A DNA stretch of 64,000 bases from the human T2T-CHM13v2.0 reference genome, Homo sapiens (GCF_009914755.1 NC_060936.1); one strand, 5' to 3'; counted from the first letter of the stretch, positions 18,451 to 32,983 are shown. Notes: a model not told the origin generated them from the letters alone. Translations and numbers: made by a program.

Positions 18451-18687
18451 GCGCCATCACCATCGTCATTTTTGTCGGTCTGCTTGTTGTTTTTAGAATT
18501 CCTTATGACCCGGGAGGAAGGGTGGTCACTGCAGGAAAGTTCAGACCCGAGGCAGGAGAGAGTCATGCTCTGTCCCCTCAAACTGGTCCAGTGCCTCCCT
18601 CTGACCTCCCCCATGAGATCACCTAAGTGAAGAATTCCTTTTTTAAAAATAAAAGTTAGATGCTACATAATATTTACCTTTAAAAAA

Positions 18688-19075
18688 ATTTATTATACTT
18701 TAAGTTCTGGAATACATGTGCAGAATGCGCAGGTTTGTTGTGCAGGTTTGTTACACAGGTATACATGTGCCATGGCAGTTTGCTGCACCCATCAACCCGT
18801 CATCTACATTAGGTATTTCTCCTAATGCTATCCCTCCCCCAGCCCCTCCACCCTCGACAGGTCTCGGTGTGTGATGTTCCCGTGTCCATGTGTTCACATT
18901 GTTCAACTCCCACTTATGAGTAAGAACATGCGGTGTTTGGTTGTCTGTTCTTGTGTTAGTTTGCTGAGAATGATGGTTTCCAGCTTCATCCATGTCCCTG
19001 CAAAGGACATGAACTCATCCTTTTTTATGGCTGCATAGTATTCCATGGTGTATGTGTGCCACATTTTCTTTATCC
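18688..19075 (-). mobile_element. L1PA (PA7/8-like) 3' end
   Basis: TTTATTATACTTTAAGTTCTGG...CCCACTTATGAGT; TSD ACATAATATTTACC / ACACAATATTTACC. Confidence 0.93.
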
Positions 19076-19094
19076 ACACAATATTTACCCTTAT

Positions 19095-19810
<716 letters not shown>

Positions 19811-21591
19811 GCTGGATTATTCAGCAAACCCAGAGACTAACACGTCCTCCAGGATAACTATGACCTTACAGTGCCCTTAAACTGATTCCACAAGTCAGCC
19901 TGCAGCCTGAGGTGGAACTGAGCCTGCATACATTTTGGTCCACCCAATTTTTAAACTGAATTTGATGGCAAGATTTAAAAATCTGGGGGTTGCACACGCA
20001 ATTCCAGATTTCTGACTTCTCTTGAAAAACCAGATCTAGGGACACTGGCCCTCTGCCCTCAGGCCAGCAGTTGGCAGCCTCTGGGCAGGGGGTGCCCACT
20101 GTCCTTGGGCCCTCCGCTCCCCTGCCCACCCCAGCATCCTCTGTCTGGCTTCACCCGCTTGTTCGTCCCTCCCACCCTGGAAGGGTGTGAGTGTGTGAGC
20201 CCCAAGTCGCACAACTTAAAGTTGGTGACACCTGCCAGGCATAAGGATAGACCACAGATACAGCATGAGAGGGAAAGCAGGGCGTGAGAGACGGCCAGTG
20301 ACCCCATCCCCGCAGAGGGGCCCCCACGGGAGGAAGCCCAGGAGAGGGCCCTTTGGGGACACTTGGTTCCACCTGACACCGAGCGGCTTCAGCTCAGTGA
20401 CTCCAGTTTGACCTTTCCCCCTAAGAGGGTCCCCTCCACGGTCTGGGTGCTCCCAGTGCTCTGGTAAAGAGAAGGTTCTCTTGCGATGAGAAAGTCTGTA
20501 TTTGGATTTTTTAATGGAATCAGGCAAACTTTTGCTGGACTATTTCCAAAACCCCAAAATCAGGGCTGCAAAACATGAGCATGAAACATCCACTTCAACT
20601 TTTTAAAATACGTATCAATCCTCTTTGCAAAGGAAAAAAAAACAGAATACACAGAGATGGCTTGAGATGTGGGTCTCCAGCACCCCCACATCCTTCCCCG
20701 ACAGACAGATTCCTACAGAGTCCACATATATACGTCTCCCCAGATACGTTCCTACATGTGCTCACGCTGCATGTTTCCGCCAGTGCCGGACATCTTCACG
20801 TTGTGTGTTTCACTGGCTGACACCCCTGCCCCATTGGCTGGAAATCCAGGAGCAAGAACCCCACTGCTGGTCAAGCCTGTGTGGCAGCTATCACACAGAA
20901 GGTTGACTATCTCAATCTAGTCCCACTGTGGGAATTGCCCACAAACCTCCCTCTCTGAGAAAATAAACTAACAGATTGTCTCCAACCAACCCCCAAGCCT
21001 AGAACACTCATTCCCCTTGGCTGCTGACTTGCTGGCGCCCACCCGAAACACCCTGGGACTAGAAGCCTGGGCTCTTGTGCCACCAAGAACCGGCTGTGGG
21101 TGCAACACTTTGATCCAGAAGTGTCCTGGCCGATCCAGGTTATGTTGCCCAATCTGCACAACCAGACAGAGCTAAACAAACTAAGCAAAGAGCCACATCC
21201 TTCTGAAGCGCTGGGTTCCCTGGAGTGTGCCTTACCATGATGAAAATTCTCTTCTTGGAGTGTGGCTAATTGAGGCACTAAATATAAACATCCTGATTTG
21301 GTGAATTTTCCTTTTGGGATTTAGCATCCTATGGCTGCAAGAGATAGGAATTCTAGAAAATGATTCCCTGATTGTCAAGACCTCACAAAGAGGTGGAAAA
21401 GAAACATCATCTCACGGTCAAGCGGAACCCATAAATGCGGGGAGGCGGGAGGCAGAAGCAGGGAGTGGGGCTCGTGGGAACTGGAGGAGCCCATGCCCAC
21501 CAAAAATAACTCAGATTAATTTAAAACTGTACAAGACAAACAAAACCCATGTGTGTCAGCTCTTGGTTGAGGTCCTTCTTTATAATAATTT

Positions 21592-21925
21592 TGATATAGT
21601 TTGGCTGTTCCCCACCCAAATCTCATCTTGAACTGTAGCTCCCACAATTCCCACATGTTGTGGGAGGGACCCAGTTGGAGATGACGGAATCATGTGGGCG
21701 GTTTTCCCCATACTGTTCTTGTGGGAGTGAACGAGTCTCACGAGAGCTGATCTTTCTCTCTTGCCTGCCGCCATGTAAGACATGCCTTTGCTTCTCCTGG
21801 CCTTCTGCAATGATTGTGAGGCCTCCCCAGCCAGGTGGAACTATGAGTCCATTAAACCTCTTTCCTTTGTAAATTACCCAGTCTCGAGTATGTGTTTATT
21901 AGCAGCATGAGAAAAGACTAATACA
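21592..21925 (+). mobile_element. THE1 solo LTR (MaLR)
   Basis: TGATATAGTTTGGCTGT...CCAAATCTCATCTTGAA...GACTAATACA; 5-bp TSD AATTT/AGTTT. Confidence 0.92.
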
Positions 21926-22164
21926 AGTTTCTAGAGGAAAACCTCTTGACACAGGCAAAGGGGACTTGGCCGTTCTAAGCCCAGTTGATGTCAGCGCCCT
22001 TGAGATCATACAACAGGCTGCTGCACAATTTGATTCCTTCATTGCAAATTTATGTGCCAGCAATTAAGACCCTAAAGCTTCTAGGTCAGAGGCTAGAGAG
22101 TAGAAATATCACCCCTAAGGAGGAATTCTGAGTTTTCAGGGCCAAACAAGTTGACTGTGGCATA

Positions 22165-22391
22165 AGGTGCAGATCAGTAGACTATGGCCCATGAACCAAT
22201 TCTGGCCCACCGCTTGTTTTTATAAATGAAGTTTTAATGGAACGCTGTCACAGCTAATTGCTTACATATTCTCCATGGCAGCTTCTGCACTCTTATGGCA
22301 AGGTTAACTAGTAGTGACAGAGACTATAAGGCCAGCTGAGCCTAAAATATTTACTGTCTCATTCTTTACAGAAAACGTTTGCTGTTCCCTG
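22165..22391 (+). mobile_element. MER58A (hAT-Charlie)
   Basis: ACTATGGCCC...GAAGTTTTAATGGAAC...GCCTAAAATATTTACT...TTTACAGAAAACGTTTGCTG-TCCCTG. Confidence 0.85.
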
Positions 22392-22539
22392 GTCAAATGT
22401 TTTGTTTGTTTTTGGTCAAAGTTTTTTCCAAACATTTTGATCATATACATATATTTAGCATACCTCTACTGGCAGGAATGATCAAAGATTTCTAAATTTT
22501 AGATATCCCTACTGGTAAAAAAGCTATGGGGGCTGCACC

Positions 22540-23393
22540 TCTAATATATGGGTGAAATACCAGATATTTACACAGCTTCAAAGCATCTCCCCATGAACTA
22601 TTTATTAATTACAAAGGGGAAACCAGTAGCCTCAGAGTGGGAAATCTATAACAGACACTACCTGAACCAGGCGACCAAAGTCAACATCACCAGCAGCGGG
22701 ACCGACCAAAGTCCTGCGCGTCCTGATAGGGATACTGAGGCCAGGACGTCACTTCCACAGTAACTTATCTACATATCATGGGCCTGCCAAGGACGCACAA
22801 CTAAACCAAATCATGACGAAACACCAAGCAAACCCAAACCCAGGGACGGCCTGCAGAGTAACTTGCTATACTCTTCAATCGGGTCAAAGAGACGGGGACT
22901 GCTCCAGATGGAAGGAGACTGGAACACGTGGCCAACACATGCAGTGTGAGATCCTGGGTCGGCCTCTGGACTGGGAAACAAAGTGGCCATTAGGAAGTTA
23001 TTGGGGCAGTTGATCAAATGAGAATAGGGACTGCAGATTAGGTCATAGTATTGTATCAGTATTAGATTTTCAGATTTTGAACTTTGTATTGTGGTGGTAT
23101 AAGAGAATCTCCTTGTTTTTAGAAAAAAACACACTGAAATATTAAGGATAAAGGATAAGATATCTGAATTTACTTTCAAATAGATAATTCTGGGGGAAAA
23201 TCTCTTTCCTCTATTTCCCTCTCTTCTCTCTGTATGGATAGCAGACGATAGAGGGATGACAGATAGAAGATGGATAGATAGATAATTGATAGGTAATAAG
23301 GTAATAGATAGGTGATAGGTAGACAGATGATAGATAATAGCCAGATGATAGATAATAGATGATCAATAGATTGATAGATGATTAATAGATTAC

Positions 23394-23428
<35 letters not shown>

Positions 23429-23570
23429 CCAAGAAACCAATGATAAAAAATTGGGGCAAAATATAAACAGTTTAATAATTCTGGATAAAGGTTTGAAGGA
23501 GTTATTTACACTATTCTTGCTGCTTTTCTGCATTAAATTATATCAAAATAATAAAAGTTTTTTAAGGCAG
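22540..23570 (+). mobile_element. L1MC-type 3' end
   Basis: TATTTATTAATTACAAAGGGGAAA...CAAAGTCAACATCACCAG...ATATCTGAATTTACTTTCAAAT. Confidence 0.75.
23245..23428. repeat. (GATA)n microsatellite with degenerate flank
   Basis: Pure TAGA run at ~23394-23428. Confidence 0.95.
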
Positions 23571-23946
23571 TAGAAAAATCTCTAAATCATCCCAAAGACA
23601 GAGAAAGCTCTTTTCTTTGTGTCATTCCTGGGGGCCATGCTCTCCAGGCTCATTTATCTACAGGCCAGTAATGCAAAGGGCATTTACTCTGAGCTACCTG
23701 AACACCGACCCCACCCCAGGCCCTCACTGTTCACCTCCAGTAGACTGATTTCTGGGTGTCTGTCCAGACTGGCATCCCTGGGCACCTGCTGGAGGGGCTG
23801 GGATTCTCTGTGGCACTGATGACCTTTGGATTTGGTGGAGAGAACCCTTGCAGAGGGCATCGCCCTCTCCCTGGTGAGGTACAGGGTGAACAGTTCTCCT
23901 AAACAGAAGAGGAGAAAGTCATTAGGCAAAACTCAGTACCCCTAAT

Positions 23947-24445
23947 GGGACAGATACTGCTAATGCTTTCTGATATCCATTCACCCCTTTTCCTATATAA
24001 ACAGAAATATACTGATTAATTCAGGGTGGCAGTGAACCCTGATTCTGCTGGAGCAACAGGTAGCTGTGTTACACTCTTCTGGCCAATGAGGTCTAAGCAA
24101 AAATCTGACGGGCATAGAGAGGAGAGAGTTCTGGGAAAGTGCTGGCTTTCCTTATAAGAGGAAACAAATGAAATTAGTGTTATCCCTCATTCCTCATTCT
24201 CCTGCTTCCCATTCTGAATTCAGATGTGATGGCTGGAGCTGTGGCAGCCATCCTTCAACCACGAGGCAAAGGCCCAGAGAATCATAAGAACGACAGCCAG
24301 GCATCCTCGATGCATTGAATCCTTGCTCTCAGTTGACCATATTCAAACCCCTCCTCTTGTGAGAAAAACAAAGCCCTATGTGTTAAGCCACTGTTAGCCA
24401 TGTATTCTATTGCTTTGCTCAAACCCATTTTAAACGAATGTAACA
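23947..24445 (+). mobile_element. MaLR LTR (MLT1J/K-like)
   Basis: TTCTGGCCAATGAG...GATGTGATGGCTGGAGCTGTGGCAGCCATC...TTAAGCCACTG. Confidence 0.7.
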
Positions 24446-26249
24446 ATTTTCTTCCTTTTCATTTTAAGCTCCAGATATAGTTGTAGTAAAATAGACCGCA
24501 CTATATTTTCTTAGGGTTTCTTCCTGTCCTTCTCCCCACAAGGTAGTTTTCAGTTAAAATATGAGCAGCTCTTAGGCCCTAATTCAGGTGACATTCCCAC
24601 TGGGGGAAGGCTCTGCATGAGGCTGACCACTCCTCCTCTCCTTCCCAGAGTCAGCGTCCTCCACATCTACTTCGCTACTGAGATACTGCTGATGTGTTTA
24701 AGAGGTGAGCCCAGCAGGAAGGATGTTTAAAACACCAGCGAGGGTCTCCACGAGACTGGTAACTAAGCGCCAAGCTGCTCCAGCCCACCTTCCCTGAGCC
24801 ACCCAGCAGCTCATGCACACGTTTCTGGCTTTGCGAGCAGCTCTTCTGCCTGGTCTGTTTGTCCAGTTGGCTGATAGATCATAGGGTTCATGCCCAGAAA
24901 AGCTATGAACCCTGGACTCCATGGGGAATAGCAAATGCTGATGCCAGCAGAGAAGTTGTGTGTGAGATTCATTTGTCAACAGATCCAGAAAGGAAATCTA
25001 GTTCCAGGAACAGATCCTCTCCAGCCCACCTCAGGAAAGGACACAGAAAACTGTCAATATCATGCTTACTGCTTAATGCATGATCCAGAAACAACAGCAA
25101 CTAAAATACACAACACTGGAATGAGAGGACGATAAGACTCTTGGGGCAGAAGCAGCTAAAGAAAGAATGGTACCAGTGAAAGGGCCAGGATGAAATCTTG
25201 GTGTAAATACATCTCATGCAACAACCTATTGCTCAAAGATCGAATATTCTACCGCTGAAAGATAATCCTTTAAGTTAAGAGACGACGATTCCAAAAAGCC
25301 CAGTATAATTGGAAAGAAGAAACATCATTTTATGGTAATGCTAGGGGTTTTATGCTTCACACAGGAGACTTCCCCAGAGTCTTCCAAAGACTAAATATCC
25401 GTATGTGTTGCCAACATGTCTACAAGTGTGAATTAACATAGCAATGTGCTGTTCACAGGTTTATTACCACAGCGTACATAACAGAGTCTCTTAGGCCACC
25501 CCAACCCCTGTCTCGGTTATTTCTTAGAGTCCCTGGAGGATATTTTGATTAGTCCTTATTTTTTAAGTTCAGACGGACAGCCTCCATCTGAACATAAGCA
25601 TATGTGCACACACATGCATACCTGTGCACACACAGACAGGTGCGTAGGTCTTATTTCCCATTCTATGTCTTGATGTCAGGGACTCAAGAATTTGTAGTAT
25701 TTTTCAACTGTACCACATACTTGATTCCACTATTCATCTCTCATTTAGTACCTCAACAATCTCTTCCCAAAATATCGGAATTTCTTTGTGAAAGTCCTCT
25801 CCAGAATCCTAGTTTCTTTCTATTACTAAGCTATTCCATGCTACACATAAACCCAAACGTGCCACCCAATTTCCTAAAACATAACTGAAAACCAGTACAT
25901 GCCCTAAATATACACAACGCGTTGTTGTGTTAGTAGGTAGAAATCTCAGAACATCACTCCCTGGCCATCAAGCAATTCATGAGATTGTTACAAACCGTCG
26001 TTTTGAATGCGGTAGCTCCAGGATTTCTCCCTTAGTGCCATAACGTCTGAGATGCCTGGTGAGATGCCCGGTTCTTTTGCTGACACTGGGCGACCTTTTC
26101 AAAATATCTACACAAGATTTCAAGGCTCTACCCATTGCATGTTGAGTGTGAGTTGAGATTTTGTCCACTTATCATTTTGTTTAAAATATTGTGTTGAACT
26201 TAGGGACCCAAAATTTACATTTTCTCTTTAAACACATTCCTGAGAAGTG

Positions 26250-26575
26250 ATATATGTATATCATATATATATAATATTCAATATTGTATATGTTATATAT
26301 ATGTATAGGTATATATACACATGTTACATATACATATATGTGTATATATGTGGATATGTGTATATACACATGTATGTATATATAACATACATATACCATG
26401 TACAATATTTAAATACAATATTTAAATAATGGAACAATATATACACAAAGATTTAAATGCAATTTTTAAATTGTATTTAAATATACATGAATATTTAAAT
26501 GTAATGTTTAAATTGTATTTAAATATATACGAATATTTAAATGCAATATTTAAATACCAAATATTTAATATCATA
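26250..26575. repeat. (TA)-rich low complexity followed by a TTTAAAT array with 42-bp period
   Basis: Units start at 26451, 26493 and 26535. Confidence 0.9.
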
Positions 26576-26659
26576 TCTTATTTTATAAACCAAGAAGCGT
26601 ACTCTTCCTGGAACGTATCTACTGAGACCCCCTCCCCGCCATGGGATATAACTGTTTTT

Positions 26660-26830
26660 GAAGAGCTGGGCTTTGAGGCTGGAACAGAGCTAAGGTTGAA
26701 TCATACCTGCTCCACTTAGTAGCCATGTGAGCCGGGTGTGCTACAGAAACTCTGTTTTCTCTTGCATAAAACAAAAATAATAATAACGCCTGACACAGCG
26801 TGTTGTAAAATCAAATAAAATAATGCACTT
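26660..26830 (+). mobile_element. MIR
   Basis: CTGTTTTCTCTTGCATAAAACAAAAATAATAATA MIR core. Confidence 0.65.
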
Positions 26831-26866
26831 TTTCCAAACCAATGCACGTTAATAGGAGCCAGAGAG

Positions 26867-27168
26867 TAGCCGTCCCCAAACTTTTGGCACCTGAGACCGG
26901 TTTCATGGAAGACGGTTTTTCCCACAGACCGAGGTGGGGAGGGGTTCCACCTCAGATCATCAGGCATTGGATTCGCCTAAGGAGCAGGCAACCTAGACCC
27001 CTCACACGCACAGTTCACAACAGGGTTTGAGCTGCTATGAGAATCTAATGCTGCTGCTGGCCTGACAGGGGGCGGAGCTCAGGTGGTCACGCTCGTCCAC
27101 CACTCACCTCCTGCCGTGTGGTGCGGTTCCTAATGGCACCACTCTGTGGCTAGAGTGGGGACCCCTGC
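26867..27168 (+). mobile_element. MER1B (hAT-Charlie)
   Basis: GTCCCCAAACTTTTGGCACC...GTTTCATGGAAGAC...GAGAATCTAATGC...GGGGACCCCTG. Confidence 0.85.
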
Positions 27169-27189
27169 TATGGAGAATAAGGAAACCAG

Positions 27190-27560
27190 ATACTTGGTTC
27201 CCTTTCTTGCAAGAGGAACATATTCGTGCCCATCCCCCTCTACTGACTGAAGCAGAGCCATGGCACCTGCTCCGGCCAACACACTGTGAGCAGTCATTGG
27301 TGTGCATGTCACTTCAGGTGAGGCGCTCTAGGAGTCCATGTGTGGTTTACCATGATCTTTTCCTTGTCTCTACCCACATGGAAAAATGCTTTCAGATGGA
27401 GCTTCCTTCCACCCAGACCCCTAGGAACTACAACAAGCAGAGCCCTCTTGATGACATATAATGGACATATAACATGATTGAGAAATAAACATATTTTTCA
27501 ACCACTGAGGTTTTCAATGTGTTTGTTACAGCAGCATAACCTGCCCTATCGTGACTCACT
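27190..27560 (+). mobile_element. MaLR LTR (MLT1H/I-like)
   Basis: GAGAAATAAAC...CCACTGAG...TTTGTTACAGCAGCATAACCT. Confidence 0.6.
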
Positions 27561-27589
27561 CTCCTTGGCTCCTATTAAGTGTGCAATAA

Positions 27590-27790
27590 GACCTAGCCAC
27601 GGGTGACCTTGGAAAAGTTGTTTCACCTCTTTAAGCTTCAGTGCCCTCATGTGTAATTCGGGGATGATGGCAGTCATATCCACCTGCTGGACCATGGTGG
27701 GGCTTAAATGCAATAACCCATGTTAAGTACTTAACACAGTAAGGGTTTCATAAATGTTGGTGGCAATTGTAATTACTATTATCATCATTA
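27590..27790 (+). mobile_element. MIR
   Basis: GTGACCTTGGAAAAGTT...CACCTCTTTAAGCTTCAGT. Confidence 0.75.
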
Positions 27791-27839
27791 TGATCATTTC
27801 CAAGGTAGTCAATAAACACTTTTGGAATTTAGCTGAGCT

Positions 27840-28117
<278 letters not shown>

Positions 28118-29546
28118 TTAGCTGAGCTGGGTTTATCTATTCTCATTAATGGAGGGAGAAACTGACTCCATTTTTTCTGAGAGCCTGAACCCATACATCT
28201 CTGGCTTCTATGTCCAGGTCAAAGTCTCTCAACTGCTACACTGACCTAAAGTATCCGTGTCCTCAGGGTTGCTATTTTCACTCCTGCTCCCTCCATAGGA
28301 AAGGGTTTAGACCAACAGGGTCAGCTCTCCACTCTCCCAGCCTCTCTGTCCCCTCAGAGGAAAAAGCTGCATAAGCTTCTTGGCAGAACTCTCCACTGTT
28401 TCTCTCTCCACCGACAGCTTCTCCGCCCCTTGCATTTTCCTGTTTTCACTTTGCTTCACAACCGCCTGAGATTATCTGATTTTTAAGGGCAGCACTTGGC
28501 TCTGGCTGTGCTTTATAGAGCCCAAGGTGTGCTTAGGTGCCCTCGATGGTAGTAATTTGTCACTGTCTAGCTTGGCATGCCCCCTGCTCCATGCAGGCCT
28601 CCAGCCACAGGGGAGCCAGGCCCCACACACATGCAGAAATTGCAAAATCACCAGTTGCACATGGGATGGCAGAGAACCAGGGGCTTCACTTTAAGGCCAG
28701 GCTGGCTCGCACCAGCCCTGACGCAGCCTGAGACAACTGCCACCCTCTGGCGCCACCTACTGACAGCTTTCCCTCTCCCTCGAAGCCTCTGCACCCGCAA
28801 TAAAAAAGGGAAGCGTTTGAGCTGACTGCAGCCTCTTCTGTAACTACCACTATGAGAATGGAAGGATAGCACTCAGATTCCTAAGGTAATACAGTAATGC
28901 ATGCCCCTTGCAGAAGACACAAAAAAGCCCAAAGCAAAATGTCAAGTCCACCCCAAAAAGCCCTTCTTTGAAATAACCGTTGCTGGTATTTTTGGTACCT
29001 ACCTTTCCAATGTATTTTATGTTATTATTTTATGGACTATACATACATTATAATTATGTGTATTTGTATACACATATAACAGTAGATGAAGACGGTTGTG
29101 ATTTTATTTTGTTTTCCTAAATTCTGTTTTGTAACCTGATGTGTTCTACAGAGTAAACACTTTCTCATCATATAAATTTTTCTTTAAATCGTGACCTGTG
29201 AACATTACTATTACAGGAGCATTTCATAACATATACGATAAGCATCTTCTGCTGCTTGGTGCCTCACTCGTCAAATTCTCCGGCAAATACCCCTGGATAG
29301 GACATTGGCTCCACCTCTTGCATTGTTTCATGGCCATTTATTCCTGGGAACAAAATGCCTGGATCAGTCGACACACGCATTTCATGGCTCTTGGGTCATG
29401 TTGCCAAACAGCCTTCCGGGATGCACCGATTTACATTCCCGTGGGCAGGCCTCTCTCGCTGCATCCCTGCCAACAGGAAGCATCATCCTTTTTTACAGAT
29501 CGCAGCTAACTTGGAGGGTTTAAAATGGCACCTTTTTGCTTTGTCT

Positions 29547-29711
29547 GGGAGGCAGCATGGTGTGCTGACAGGTGCCAGAGATCTGGGCTCTGGTGAAATC
29601 CCAGCATGGCCCCTGACCAGCTGTGGGACCCTGGGCAGGTCACCTAAACTCTCTGGGCCTCAGTTTCTTCATCCATAAAACGGAATGATGAGAGCGCTGA
29701 TGCCCCACAGG
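29547..29711 (+). mobile_element. MIR 5' part (3' part at ~31092-31170)
   Basis: CTGTGGGACCCTGGGCAGGTCACCTAAACTCTCTGGGCCTCAGTTTCTTCATCCATAAAA. Confidence 0.85.
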
Positions 29712-29991
29712 TATCGACGAAGAGTCGGACTCTGTAAAATATTCGAAGCTTATTCTGAGCCAAATATGAATGACCATGACCCGTGACACAGCCCTCAGGG
29801 GGTGCTGAGAACCTGTGCCCCAGGTGGTGGGGGCACAGCCTACTTTTATGCATATTAAGGGAGACACGAGACCTCCACCAAATACATGTAAGATTTACAT
29901 TGGTTCCATCTGCAAGGGTGGGACAACTCAAAGCAGGGGTGGGGCTTCCAGGTCAAATGTAAATTTAAAATTTTCTGATTAGCAGTTGGTT

Positions 29992-30456
29992 TGTGAAAGG
30001 AAAATATCTTGGGCCCCCAAAATCACTAAAGAAAACTCAAGCTAAGAACTGCTGAGGGCAAATCTGCCTCGCATTCTATTCAAAGTCATCTCTCTGCTCA
30101 CTGAGATAGACGCATATCTGATCTGCCTCCACTGGCAAAGCTCATCAGAAACTCAAAAGAATACAACCATTTGTGTCTCACCTACCAGTGACCTGGAAGT
30201 CCCCTCCCAGCTTCGAGTCTTCCTGCCTTTGCTTCCAGTTGTCCCACCTTTCCAGACCGAACCAGTGTACTTCCTACATATATTGATTGACGTCTCACGT
30301 CTCCCTAAAATGTGTAAAACCAACCTGTGCCCGACCACCTTGGGCACATGTCATCAGGACTTCCTGAGGCTGGGTCATGGGTGTGTGTCTTCAACCTTGG
30401 CAAAATAAACTTTCTAAATAGTAACTGAGACCTCCGTCAAATGTTCTAGGTTCACA
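29992..30456 (+). mobile_element. ERV1 solo LTR, MER4A1-like
   Basis: TGTGAAAGGAAAATATCTTGGGCCCCCAAAATCACTAA...GGTTCACA; perfect 4-bp TSD GGTT. Confidence 0.88.
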
Positions 30457-30660
30457 GGTTGAAAACATTACTATCAATAGAAATAAATGTCTGGGTTACA
30501 ATAAGGGGTTGTGGAGAGCAAGGTTTCATGATGCCGATGAGGCCTCCAGGTAGCAGACTTCAGAGAAAATAGACTGTAAATGTTTCTTTTCAGACTTAGG
30601 GTCTGTGTTGATGTTAAATGCTAATCAGCTTTTCCTGAGTTCCAAAAGGAAGGAGAGGAA

Positions 30661-30943
30661 GGCCAGGCGCAGTGGCTCACGCCTGTAATCCCAGCACTTT
30701 AGGAGGCTGAGGCAGGAGGATCACTTGAGGTCAGGAGTTCAACACCAGCCTAGCCAACATGGTGAAACCCCATCTCTACTAAAAATACAAAATTTAGCTG
30801 GGCATGGTGGTGCACACCTGTAATCCCAGCTACCTGGGAGGCTGAGGCCACATGAATCACTTGAACCCAGGAGGCAGAGGTTGCAGTGAGTCTAGATTGC
30901 ACCAGCCTGGGTGACAGAGCAAGACTCCATCTCAGAAAAAAAA
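30661..30943 (+). mobile_element. AluS
   Basis: Dimer; TSD AAAAGGAAGGAGAGGAA / AAAAGGTAGGATAGGAA. Confidence 0.93.
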
Positions 30944-31195
30944 AGGTAGGATAGGAAAATGAGGCATGACTGACCTGCGCTTTCCATCATGCCCTGAACT
31001 AGTTTTTCAGGTTCAATTTGGAATGCCCTTAGGCAAGAGGAAGGGCCCATTCAGATGGCTGGGGGCCTTAGAATTTTATTTTTGGTTTGCGTAGGTTTGT
31101 ATGAACCTGAAATAAGGGAATCCGTGAACGGCGCTGAGAACAGTGCCTTGCACACATGAGTATTGGCTACCTCGATCGTCCCATGTTTAACTAAC

Positions 31196-31625
31196 TGTGA
31201 ACCCTGAAAATTTGAGACAGATCTCAGTTAATTTAGAAAGTTTATTTTGCCAAGGTTGAGGACCCACCCATGCCCCAGCCTCAGGAGGTCCTGATGACAC
31301 ATGCCCAAGGTGGTCGGGGCACAGCTTGGCTTTATACATTTCAGGGACACATGAGATGCCAATCAATACATGTAAGAAGTACATTGGTTCTGTAGAGAAA
31401 GGTGGGGACAACTCAAAGCAAGTCCCCTACACTGGGGGCTTCCAGGTGACAGGTAGGTGAGAGACAGATGGTTGCATTCTTTTGAGTTTCTGATAAGTCT
31501 TTCCAAAAGAGGCAATCAGAATATACATCTATCTCTGAGCAGAGGGGTGACTTTGAATAGAATGGGAGGCAGGTTTGCCCTGCATGCTCCCAGCTTGAAG
31601 AGGCCCAAGGTATTCTCCGTTCATA
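31196..31625 (-). mobile_element. ERV1 solo LTR, MER4A1-like
   Basis: Reverse-complement homologue of 29992-30456. Confidence 0.88.
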
Positions 31626-32609
31626 CAATGAAAGGTTGGCACGCTTTTTCAATCACCTGTGTATTTGGACAGATTTCGTTACCCTGAGTTCACAGTTGCT
31701 CTCTTGAAATGAGATTCTTTATTTGTGAGCTGCACTGGCTTCTAGGACATTTACCATTAGGAAGATTTGATCTAAATATTACCCTATGGAGTGGAAGGGA
31801 CTTCAGGATGCCGACGTAACTTTCAATTGTGTAATTGAAAGTTAGAATTGAGTCTATAATTCAATTTCAGAATTTTAAAAGCTGCTTTTGGTTAAAGACT
31901 ACTACGACGGATTCCATGATGGAGAGAGTGACGGTGAGATGATGGATGCTGCCAAATGCTAACCGCAGAATCCAGATGGTGGTTCGTCCGTGTTACAGAA
32001 CAATTCTTTCCCCCTTCTTAGATGTTTCAAAATTGCCATAAAAATTGTTGATGAGAAGAGCTGCTTTCATTGCATTGTTTCATTTATTTACTCTGGCCAC
32101 GTGGATTTCTCCGTCTTTTTAGCTAGATCTGTCTTCTTTGACTGATTTTCAGATTGTTTTTACAGGGTCTGGCACTCAGCTCTTTTTTTAATATATGTAA
32201 ATGTGTATCCTCCAGGAAGTGAAACCACTCTCAGGTGGTCGGCCATCACTTCCCCCTGATAACTTTCCCGTCTGTCTCCAACTCAAACCCCTTCTCTGTC
32301 CACACCCATAGTGAAAGCTGGCCACAGACCTCACCCCAATGTGTCTGAGCAGCATCTCACAGTTAACAAGATCAAAGCCAGTGCCATCATTATCCTCACA
32401 GCTTCCAAACCTTCAGTCCTCCCACCCCACCCTCAGTTCAGCTGGTCACGAACCGTGTCCCGCCACCTCAGAGCAGGCATGTGGATGCCGCAGCAGCCTG
32501 AGGATAAAATAACCCCCATTTCATGTAGACACAGTCGCTTTCCAACCAGGTCTAAACCCTTTCACTACCTGGCCAGCCTCATCTTATCAAGAGAGGCTTA
32601 GCGAGATGA

Positions 32610-32983
<374 letters not shown>

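Larger units (their letters stand above)
29712..31091 (-). mobile_element. ERV1 solo LTR, MER4B/D-like; hosts a MER4A1 LTR and an Alu
   Basis: Ends GGGGGCCTTAGAATTTTATTTTTGGTTT, the reverse complement of the MER4B start; flanks CAGG/TAGG. Confidence 0.8.
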
